DNA from: Paraspadella gotoi
Lineage: Eukaryota > Animalia > Chaetognatha
Assembly (NCBI GenBank): GCA_051294375.1
Contig: CM119267.1
Coordinates: 26,515,343-26,579,342, forward strand
DNA length: 64,000 nucleotides
Direction: 5' to 3'
A model generated the notes under the pieces. The model worked only from the letters and a program-made list of their open reading frames with translations. It ran no database searches and had not been told where the DNA came from. The first letter of the stretch is position 1, and each line of letters opens with the position of its first letter. Both the position numbers and the translations under genes were made by a program. Of this stretch, positions 26,044 to 37,400 are shown piece after piece.

Positions 26044-27405
26044 TAGGGTTCCGTTAACCGTTAATTTTTGAGGAACTGTCGCTTACGCGGATAAAACTAA
26101 CAGTTTTTAACGGTTAACCGTAGAAATGCGTTAATTTTTATAATTTAATTTTAAATTTAAAAACTATTAATATCGAGCTAACTAATATTTAAGATTGTAT
26201 TTTCTCCGTTAACTCCGGCTACCTGAACTCGTCCTTAAATCTTTTGATTTCAGTTAGACTGAGGTACACATGTTATAGTTGATAAATGAGGAAATTGGGT
26301 TGAAAAGAAGCAGCATTAATAAAATAAATTTTTGGCTTTTGCCTCATTAGCATAATAAAAATATGAAAAAAGATCAATGAAAGAATAAGCAACAATGTAA
26401 ATTTTAATTCTGTATATTTTTGTTTTCTCTTCTCTCTGTTGTTCTTTCGTTTCTTTCGTTTTCGCTTCTTCTTATTTTATATTCTCTTCCTCATTTTATT
26501 TTTGGTTGTTGTTTTTGAAATAGATTGTTAGTTTATTAGTTAGTTTTCATAAACCGATGACGCATAAAGGGCTAAATATAAATATAATATGGATGAATAT
26601 TGTGTTGGAGAGACTATTTTCTTTTCGTTGCGTGAAAGCAAAGTTTATTTGTGTTACAAAGCAATCAGTTTTTATTTATAAAAAAAAAGGACATGTTTCG
26701 ACTCTGCACGAGCGCTGTAGTGTAAGACCTCGGAAACAACTAGAGTCGATTAATCACTGTCGTTTTTTTGGTAATAAAATACCCGTTGTTTTTGTAACAA
26801 ATAAACTTGTTGTTTTTCGTCTTAAATGTATGAATGATCTCAATCATTATTGATTATTGAATGGTTGAATGATCGAAAAATTTGACAAGAAAAAGGTAAA
26901 AAAAGGAAAAATAAGAAAGATTATTATATTTTTTTTATTAGCAAAATAGAATATTATTGCATGTAAAAAATGTTGATTTGAAAAAAAATATATGCAGAAT
27001 GATATTATATTTTTCAAAAATATTCTTAAATGATAGGATATATGTAAACTCACTGAAAGGAAAAACGAAAACAATTGGGAAGAAAGTAAAAAAAAAACCG
27101 AACAGCGCAGGAAAAAAAATGATAATAGATTAGGATAGAAAAAGATTAAAAGGCGTTGAAAAATAACAAAGAAAAAAAGGGAAAAATGTAGAACAGAGAG
27201 AGGGGGTAAATAATATGTGAGAAAGGAAGAGGAGAATAAGGGAAAAAAATTTTTTTCTTAAAAAATCAAAATTTTCATAACAAAAATCATACTTGAAAAT
27301 TAAACCGAATTAACCGTTAAAATAAATAATATTAAGGGTTAAGGTTAAAATTATTTTTAACCAGTTAATTAACCGTTAACTGTTAACAGTATATCGCGAA
27401 CCCTA
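26044..27405. mobile_element. hAT-like non-autonomous element
   Basis: Termini TAGGGTTC...GAACCCTA, subterminal ttaaccgtta repeats, 8-bp flanks ctctctat/atctctat (7/8 match). Confidence 0.7.
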
Positions 27406-27667
27406 ATCTCTATTACATTTTTCTAATTCACTAATAAAAAATTCTAAAAAATATCAGATGGATTGGCTTTTTCATTTGACCTGCAACTCTTCCGATAGGT
27501 TTCTTTTATTTTATATTATAATTAAAACCGATATAAAATGGCATAAAATGCATCAAATGTTGAAAGTGAAATACATTTTTTGAATCGCCCAGGAGCTCAG
27601 CTTTTTGCCTATTTTCAAGTTGATTTGAATGACCCTTTTTTCTACAAGACGGAGCAGAGACCATAAG

Positions 27668-28651
27668 CTCTGGTTAAAACTCTGCAGAAAAAAACGTGTG
27701 GCCAGATAGGCGCCCTAAATTATGCTAAAAATGGCTAGATTTTTTTTTTAGTATGCTAAATATCATGCCAAAATTTTAGCTAATTTAATGCATAACTGTT
27801 ACAAAGAGTACAGAAAAATGATTATTATTAGAGCCTATGAAAAATTATTTAGACAGATAAAAACAAAAAAGAACGAAAAAAATGAGACTTTGTGAATTGA
27901 TTAATGCTTAAGAGAGGCCATATAACCAGTCAAGTCCTGTAAAAGGTGTTCTGCAGCAGTAATATTCAAACAGACCAACCAACCAACCGACGCCATAGTA
28001 TTTTGCTCTTGTAAAGTTGCTTTAACAATTAACATGCTATTACTATTATTACTGAACTACACAAGCATCTCAGAGGAAAATCGGTATTAACAAAATACTT
28101 TGGCTTTATTGTATAAATGCTAGCAATCCCTTCCTGGTCTCAAAAAATTGTAATGGGAATTAACATGATTGTTATCAAAGAACTAAATAATAAAATAAGC
28201 AAATAGCATATTTAATACAGATTTACATTGCCATACTCTGTCCAATGATCGAAAAACCTTAAATTTTTTTCATACTGAGGCGACTTACCACCGTTATCTC
28301 TCTCTAAACCCTTCCTCTCTCCTCTTTCTTCGAGCCGGTCTTTTCCACACGGTCACTTTGCCCTAGCTTTGGCAATGACCTTAGATTGACCGGACACAGT
28401 AATATGATTAGATATAATGATAAGTAAAAAATTTTTAAGAAAGCAATAAATATATATTTAAAGAATATAGATTAAATGGTAAATCTTTCATAAAATATAA
28501 AAATAAAAAATAAAAAATAGTGAAACAAGTAATTTGAAAATTTTCATGAATATGCCAGATTGTATGCTACATGCCAGTTAATTTTTTTACTGGCAAAACT
28601 GTCTGAAATTATGCCAAATCTGGCACACAATATGCCAAGTTTTAACCAGAG
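27668..28651. mobile_element. MITE with 14-bp TIR and perfect 8-bp TSD
   Basis: accataag-CTCTGGTTAAAACT...AGTTTTAACCAGAG-accataag. Confidence 0.85.
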
Positions 28652-29428
28652 ACCATAAGACTCTTATTAAGAGGGAGTGTGCGAGCATTCTTGAAAATAT
28701 TTTGATAAAAGAAAAGCTGTTCATTTATTTTTATTCCTCTTGACAAATTTAAGTCGAAAGAGGGCGGTTTCGTTCAATAGGCAAATGATTCGAATTGATT
28801 GATGAACATAAATTCTGCAATATTACACGGATTTCAAATGGGTAAAAAAATCGCTGACATTTTTTATTTTCCCACTCCCAGTAGTCCAGCTTGCTTACTT
28901 TCTTAGTTATGTGCTCAACAATGACAAAGTCGAATTTCAAAAAAGCACTTTTTTTTGCATTTGAATAGGACCTTCCTAGAGGAGATCCTGATTATTATTA
29001 TTAGTAAGAAAGTAAATAAAATCGCCGGCCGAATTCTTTAAAAATTCCAATGCCCGCTAAGAAATATTTTGCTCCCTCTTTTCAAACGCCGGTCGCAAAA
29101 CGTTACCTTATTCGGAAGTATTTTTAAAATTGTTTACTTTACAAATGTAAACCAAATTTTCTCTCTCTCGCCGTATAAAAATGAATGTCACTTTGTACAG
29201 GTTTCGCGAACAATCAGTCTTTTAGACAACGAAATCTGAACTTGAATAATTACCATCTTTCTTGATCTCATTGGTTAGTACGAAGATTTCTTCATTTAAA
29301 AAAACGGTCGTCTCAAGTTATCTCCTTCTTATCACTTAGAACTTCCCATGTAAATTTCTATGCGTTAAAAATACGGTAAGACATGATTTCTTCAATGATT
29401 GTTTATCTAATCTCATTAACTGCTTAAT

Positions 29429-31503
29429 TAGTCGGATCTGCTTATCAGCAGATCCCCACTCTATAATTCACTTTGTAAAAAAAACGATGTCTGTCTGTCG
29501 TCCGTCCGTCAGTCCGTCCGTCCGTCCCACCTTAGCAAAAAACACCAATTACTCGTGATTGGATGGATGAATTGGAATGAAATTTTGTGTGTGGGTAGGG
29601 AAGTGTGTGAATGAGCTGTATATGAAGTTTTCGATGGAATCGTGCGAGTGGAAATGAGTTTAAATGGAAAAAATTTAAAAAATTAATGTCACTATTTGAA
29701 CACCAATTACTCAAGAGTGGATGGGGCGATTGACTTGAAATTTTGTATTTGGCTAGGAAATTGTGTGATTTAGCTGGAAATCAAGTTTCGATGGAATCGT
29801 TTGAGTGGAAATGAGTTTAAATGGAAAAAAACAAAAAAACCTGTTTCACTAATTGATTATGCTTCTTTTTCCTTTTATATTAAATGTAAATGAAGGATGT
29901 ATTAATAAATCAAATAATTAATCAGTAAAATTAATCAATTAGTCAATTAATTAATCAATAATTAATTAGTCAATCCGTCCATCTTAGCAAAAGCTCCAAT
30001 AACTCGTGATTGGCTGGTTGGATTGGAATGAAATTTTGTGTGTGGGTAGGACAGTGTGAGATGAAGCGGGATATAAAGTTTCGATGGAATCATGTGAGTG
30101 GAAATGAGTTTAAGTGGAAAAAACATAAGTCGCATTTACTAATATATTTTTACTTATTTTAACCAATAAGTACTCTAATTAATCATAATTGGATGGATAG
30201 ATTGAGTTCAAATTTTGTGTGTGGTTAGGAAAGTGTGTGTGACGAAGATTGATACAAAATTTCGGTGGAAACGTACGAGTGGAAATGAGTTTAAATAAAA
30301 AATATGAGTCACATTTACTTGAATTTTAATACAAATAAAAATAAAATCGTTAACAACCTATGATTGGAAAAATTTCAATTGAAAACCATTGTAACCTTTT
30401 TTGTCTTTCTTTTTATTTTATTTTATTTTTTAATTATATATATTTTTTTTTCAGGCGCTGCCTTTTCTGAATCGTTTAAAAACGAGTTCAGTCTCTCTCA
30501 GTCTCTGTCTGTCTCTCTCTGTGTGCGTCTGTCTCTCTCTGTACGATCTCTTGCGTGATCGTTCGTTTTTTAAAAATTCTGATTATTTTTTTCTTTCTAA
30601 AAAAAATATATATTTGATCAGGCGCTGCCTTTTCGAATCGTTTAAAAACGAGTTCAGGCTCTCTCTCTCTCTCTCCCTCTGTCTCCTCCGTCTCCCCCCC
30701 CCCTCTCTATCCTCTCTCTCTTTTTTTTTACAAAAAAAAAAAAATTATTCACTTTTTTTTTACCACCGTCACAAGGCGACGAGTAAACGAGTTCCGGCTC
30801 TCTCTCTCTCTCTATCTCTCTCTGTCTCTCTCTCTTTTTTTTTTGCAAAAAAAAAATTATTCACTTTTTTTTTACCACCGTCACAAGGCGACGAGTAAAC
30901 GAGTTCCGGCTCTCTCTCTCTATCTTTCTCTCTATCTGTCTCTTTCTCTCTCTCTCTCACTCTCTCTCTATCTCTTTTTTTTTACAAAAATAATTTTTTA
31001 GTCACTTTTTTTCACCACCGTCACTAGGCGACAAGTAAACGATTAAACGAGTTCCGGCTCTCTTTCTCTCAAATAAAATTGCTATTACAACAAATTTTTT
31101 GTTTCATCTCTAAACTATTTTTAAATAGCAAAAGAAAGTCAAAATACAATTACTCACTTATCATTAAAATATTTAACAAGAATTATATTTTGAGTATACA
31201 ACTTTTTATGAGCTATCTGAATCTGGTCTTAAAATTTAAAAATTATAAAAAAAATTTGGCCTTTCCTATTTATAAATAAATATTAAAAAAAATAATTATT
31301 TGGGTATAGAAAGTATACTTCAAAATGTATAAATTTTTGTTTGAGCATATAATCATTCTAAATTTTTGACTCACCCCATTGAGTGGGGCTACCCTTAGTT
31401 AGGATCACAAATTGAAAGAATTATCGATATCGTCATTTATCATCTGATTAGCTGATAACCTCTTAATTAATCGTAGGCAGATCCGACATTGTTTGCTCAA
31501 ATT
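29429..31503 (+). mobile_element. DINE-1/HINE-like (Helentron-associated) non-autonomous element
   Basis: 5' hairpin/subTIR agtcggatctgcttatcagcagatcc, (GTCC)n microsatellite, ~150-bp internal tandem units, and 3' subTIR gcagatccgac followed by hairpin gtttgctcaaa. Confidence 0.75.
30745..31065 (+). repeat. Three tandem units of roughly 110-130 bp (accaccgtcacaaggcgacgagtaaacgagttccggc + CT microsatellite)
   Basis: Seen directly. Confidence 0.85.
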
Positions 31504-32662
31504 TTTTTTCACAATGAGTTTAAAATAAGAGGGGAAAAATTTGGCAAAAAAAGCTGCTGGAAAGCAAACGCACCAGTTGTGATGTAAAGTATTCTCAATT
31601 TGTTATATAGGAACATAAACACCAGGGAATTTTTTCTCTAATGAAATGATCAAATATCAATCAAATTGATTCGGTTAAGGGAACCAAGTGACCAGGGGGG
31701 GTAAAAAGCTGAAAGCATAACGTTTAACCCTTTAACTTAATCTGGTTCTTACCATATAATTTGTTCTTCTATAATCATTTGGGAAAGTAGTTAAAAAAAT
31801 TTGATATAATCAATTAGCTTAATTTTCTTAAAAAAATCGGTAAGAAAAAAATCTTTTATAAGTTTTAAAGTTTTTTTTTTTTAAAAAGGGTAAAATTTAA
31901 TTTTAAAAAGATTTTCAGCTTTTATCACAATTTATAACAAAAAAAACTAGGAATGCATAAAAATTTAAGGTATCGACTGATTTTATTTAAACTTTCTTTT
32001 CAAATGATTCTGTTAATTGGATAAAAATAAAACTCTTAGAAGTAATATAAATATAAAATAAAAAAAAGATTCTGTACTTTTGCTAAATTTCTAATTGTTA
32101 AAATTAGGAATCAATATAGTTTAATAATACATTTAAGGGATGAATATGAATATTAATTAATAGTTATTACAGTTTTGTTTCTGTAAGAATAAAGTTTAGG
32201 TTTGATTTTTCTGCTTTTAAGTAAATATAAAAATAAAAAAATATTAGTTTTGTAAAGCCTTTGTTCAATGAGGCTTAAACCTAAAATTATAGCTTTGTTC
32301 AGTAAAAATTAAGAATTTAGTAAAAAATACTTTCTAATTCGAAAATAAAATAATAGATTATAAAAATATTTAGGTAGGGTCAATTAAATTTTTTTTTCTT
32401 AATTATTAAATTTTTGTTTCCGCTACAATAAGATAAAAATTTTTTCGCTACTTTCCCGTACAAAAAAAAAATTAATGACTATCACCATTCAAATTCCTTT
32501 GATGATAGACCCTTAAGCTTATGATATCATTTTTATCACTGGGTCCCCTTTAGAGTAATAACAAATATTTTCATTTCATTCCGATTTGAAATCCGTGTAA
32601 ATAAACGTGGCTTCAAAAAACCTTTTCACATTTTCACATATTGTATATTAATTCTAATATTT

Positions 32663-32814
32663 GATAAAGAAAAACATCGATTTGGGAAACAGTGCTAATT
32701 TTATTTAGACCATGCATTCAAACCATTTAGCTGGTTCATTATTCAAGGCCAGAGAAATTGTGGTGAGGTAAAAAATTATTTACAAATAAGAGAAGGTGAG
32801 AGGAAGAGGAGGAG

Positions 32815-32845
<31 letters not shown>

Positions 32846-32937
32846 AACTTTCAACCAAAAATAAATAAAATTAGCACTGTTTCCCAAATCGATGTTTTTC
32901 TTTATCAAACTACTCGGTGCATGAGATGACACTTAAC
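32663..32937. mobile_element. Penelope pLTR remnant with inverted repeat and decayed hammerhead
   Basis: ~46-bp inverted repeat (~32661-32706 / ~32864-32910) and 13-bp TSD aattctaatattt. Confidence 0.6.
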
Positions 32938-33016
32938 AATTCTAATATTTACAGTAAAAACGTTTGAAAGAAGAAAAAAAACATTATTTAACGAGAATAA
33001 ATATGTTTGTTTCCAG

Positions 33017-34137
33017 CGTCCACAGCAAAGAACCGATTTATGCAATCGGAGCCGTGGAAAGAATCGTTGATCGTCTCCTCATCGTGCGAAGCTTCAAAGA
33101 GCTTGAGGCGGCGCTTGATGTAGATTCAGTGCTCCTGCTGGAGAACCGGACGCCCATCGGCAAAATCCACGAGACCTTCGGCCCCGTGCCACAGCCCTTC
33201 TACAGCCTCCGCTTCAACTCTCCCGATGAAATCAAAACCAAGGGGATAATTATCGGTGAGCTTTAATTCATCGAAACTTAATCTTATACTTGGAAATAGC
33301 CAATTAATTGCACGATATCGTGTCTTCCTCCTCGCAGGGACTCTCGCTTACTTCGCCCCTCGTCGTTCAGAACTGACAAGCTTCGTCTTTCTTCGCCAAC
33401 TCAACTACATGCGAGGAAGCGACGCCTCGTGGACGGACAACAACGAGCCTCCGCTGGAGTGGCTCGACTATAGCGATGACGAAAAGGAACGGATGGCTCG
33501 ACAGGAGCTTCGGGCGAAGATCGAGGAAGCAGAGGGTGGGGAGGTCGGTAGGAGGAAAGAGAGAAGACGCGCGATCGAGAAACAGGGAGCTAAGTTAAGA
33601 AAAATAGAGACGAAACAATTCCGTTGGACTGAAAGACGCAGTAGTTGTTCTAATCTCGCCAACGAACACCACAACAACAACAGTTATTCGGCAGCCAACG
33701 CCGCCGCCGTCACCGCAGACGGAAGTTCATGGTCTCGGGTCTCATCTACCGCAGCCTCGACTTCCGCTTCTGCAGCATCGGTTTCTTTGGCTCTGTTCTC
33801 CGCCTCCAATCCTTTCGCCAGTTATTTCGCTGATTGCGGGACATCCTCTCTTTTCCGTCCCACTCTACGCCCTCCTCCTCCTCCACCACCTGCACCGCCT
33901 CTCTCTTATCATTATCCTAACTTTTCTGCAACAATTGGTCTCACTGATTCTACCCAACAAAATCGACCCCATTTCACTCCGCCGCGACTCCATCCCACTC
34001 CACCCTTACTCTCTCGTCCACCCGAATCCGAGTTAGGAGGCCATTTCAAAGTCGAAACCTCCGAAGAGACGATTTTCTCTCCTTCGAAGAAACTTGACGC
34101 TGAGGAGATGGAATCGACGAAGCCGCCCGGAACCTAA
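33017..34137 (+). CDS. NAF1: H/ACA RNP assembly factor NAF1, last two exons (33017-33255, 33338-34137); 5' exons not found
   Basis: Gar1/Naf1 domain (IGKIHETFGPVPQPFYSLRFNS), GSDASW..NEPP...DYSDDEKE motif and Pro-rich tail; 82-nt GT-AG intron is phase-consistent. Confidence 0.93.
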
Positions 34138-34426
34138 AATCAACTTAGGTCGTCACCCACGTGTCATTTTCGACTGTACTCTGTTATATCCTTGTAATTC
34201 AGTTGTTTGCAAATTCCTCGGATTTATTTTTATACGATTATTCAGATTAATATTATATATTAAAATAAAATGACTGGATCATGAATTTCAATTTCGATAG
34301 GTATGTGATTCGTAAGGAATTTAAACTCTTCCGTCTTTGAAATTGAAGAAAAAAGTCGGAATTAAATTTTCCCTTCGCAAAATGTCTTTTCCTCCGCGAG
34401 ATCCAAAATCTTTTTCTTGGCGGACA

Positions 34427-37400
34427 ATGGAGGCTTTCCCGGAATCCAGGCCCTGCGCTGGCGCCAAAGTCATCGACGTTGCTGCAGACGTCGCTCAAGC
34501 ATCCGCTGCTGATCAGGAATCCAAATCATTCCAGCTCGACTTATCCCATATGACGAGAACTTCATTATCAAAAATGGACCGGTTCGTAATTAATGGTATA
34601 CATATGTACTATCAATGGAATGGACCTATAGACGGTCTTGGTGGGCCTTGTGATGTGATTTGTCATCATCGACTGCTGACGAATCTCAGATATTAGCCAT
34701 TTATCGTTAATTTTTAATATTTACTGGGGTGGGACCATATATCTAAACAAAATTTTTAAAATCATTACAGATTACTCGAAATTTTAAAATTGGTATAATA
34801 CTTACTCTTAGCTTCTAGACGATATATTAATTATTTTGAAATTCTTTGCAGAGGAGGATTTAGCCTGCCATCCAATTCTCCTCTTCCTCTTCTTTCTTCC
34901 TCCTCCTGACCCTCAGTATATTTTGTTTAGCGATACTTTCTCTTGTTTCTACTTTTCACGAAATATACCATTATCTTCCCTCTATTTCTTCACGCCTTCA
35001 ATGCCCCTCAAGTGACGCCCTCTTCGCGGCTCGAAACCAAAAACAGAAATTCGGAAATACGCTCAATTTGATAGAAATAAAACTATTTTACTTCTAAAAA
35101 CAAACTGCATAATTTTAAAAACATAAAACCCTACCTGATTTTAATTGCATAACCTTCTTTCTCTTTGTCAACCAAAATTTTCAAAATCTTAACATCATGG
35201 CGAGATTGGACTTTAACCTCTTAAAGAAACAGAAATAGCAAGTCCTTTACTGTGAAATACAGAATAAAAAACTCCCTAAAAATTGCTGCAATAAACTTTA
35301 AAGATCAAATCAGTTCTGATGACCTCAAAGGAGAATATATTGGCATCTTGGAAAATCTGATGAATTTTTCTAAAAGATTGCATACTAATAATGCAAACCC
35401 ACGAATTCTGGACAAGAATATAATGGATCTACTTGCTTTGGTGAGGAATACACATAGGTCCTCTCTGCCTTTAAAAACCCAAACTGTCTCCACCTCAACT
35501 CAAACCTATTTCATCCAAGTCATTGCTTCAACACAGACCATAAAAACCAAGGCCAGTTGCAATCAATCTACTCGGACAAAATTTACTCAACCTCCTCTTC
35601 CCAAACCACCCAAACCACCATCATTTCTGATTCAGTTTCAACCCAAACCAATGTTGCCAAGACCTATTCTCAAGTGCAGACCCACTTAACAACTGTCAAA
35701 GACAAAGCTAAAGATGTAAAAACTCAATCAGGAGATACTTCAGCTGGAAAAATCCAAGGAGAAACTTCATTTACAAGTATCAAATTAAACAAGAATCAAC
35801 AAAAAAATCAAGCCTGCTTTTATCAGTCTCCGGTCAAGAAATGGGAAACAAAATCAAGAAATGAAAGAACTGGCTCCTGGAAAGAATTCATGATCCTTCA
35901 AACCTGCGCTGAAAAGATCTATATCCCCCCTCATCGACATGTTCTTCAAGACCAAAAAAGTCAACCAGCTTTTGGAAAACGCAAAAATACTTACCCTAAA
36001 CTGATGGAAATAGACTTTACATTGCCCTTTTTTTAAGAATCAATATCAGTCATGGTGCAGTGGCATAACTTGTTAATAACTGTGTGGAATTCCTATGAAC
36101 TTATTTAATATTTATGCCTCTTCTCAATAGTTCGTAGCCGTAAGAATCCAAATATATCATAACCTCGTTTATTGACATAATTGACATAGGACATGATAGA
36201 CACTGGTATCATTGGTAACATAGGCGATGACATAGTAGAATTAGAAGGGGTAGAGGGTCAGAAGCTTAACTGTAAGACAAATATAACATGTTCAAATAAC
36301 AAAATACCTGGCTTATAGAATCCAAAGAGATAAAATTCTATCTTTAAAAAGGCATAAAATATTAGCAATGTTTTACAAGAGTTTTTCCAGACATGAGACT
36401 AAATTGTTACTGACTAAAAAACATTGTGAGAATGAAACTAGGCACGGAGAAACATCTTAGTTATTCTATGATTCAGTCACACAGACTGCTACGAAATCTG
36501 CTACGTATTTTGGGAAAACAAAAGAACTTTAAGTATATACAAAAAGATGTCTCGTTAAAATATAAGAAAATAACTATAAATAATTCTACAGACTGTGACA
36601 TAAATTAAAAATAAACTTTTAATCATTTAAATAGCTTTGATAGAAATCCAATAGTTTTACTTTGTGACTTCTCTCACTTTTTTAGTTCTCTGTCCTTGTT
36701 CTTTTAGTCCAGAGGGAAGCATGACGATATAATGCCACGCCATTGGGGGCCTGGACATGACATCTTGGTCAAGAAGGGGGACGCAGAGGACGATTTAGCC
36801 TGCAGTCCAATTCTCCTCTTCCTCTTTTTTCCTCCTCCTCCTGCCCCTCAGTATTTTTTGTCTAGCAATACTTTCTCTCATTTTTACTCTTCGCGAAATA
36901 TACCATTATTTTCCCTCTATTTCTTCACGCCTTCAATACCCCTCAAGCTTTGATATAATGCTTTTTATGATGCAGCAAAGGCAACTGCTCGGTTTTCTCC
37001 GCGCAGTTTGGAAGAAAAATATTTGATATAAATAATCTCATTCTAAAAATATTTTTGGGAGTACTTATTTGTAGCTTCTGGTAAGGTGTAAAAAAAATTG
37101 AAGTAAGCACTAAGATTCAGGTAAGTTACTGTTATGGTTTAATTTTTATTAAAACTTATTTTATTAAAATTTTATTAATGTTATTGCCAGATAATTAATC
37201 ATGTAATATTTCTGAACGCATTATAAAAGGGTCAAAACAGTAAGAAATACATAAAGTATTAAACGATTTAAGCATATTCGTTAAAATCTTCCTAAAATAT
37301 GCTTTTACTTAGCTGAAAAAAAATTAAATGGGTTGAATTTGTATAGTGATGAAAAGCTGAAAATCAGGTGAATTGAAGATAAGCCATAACACTGTCATGT

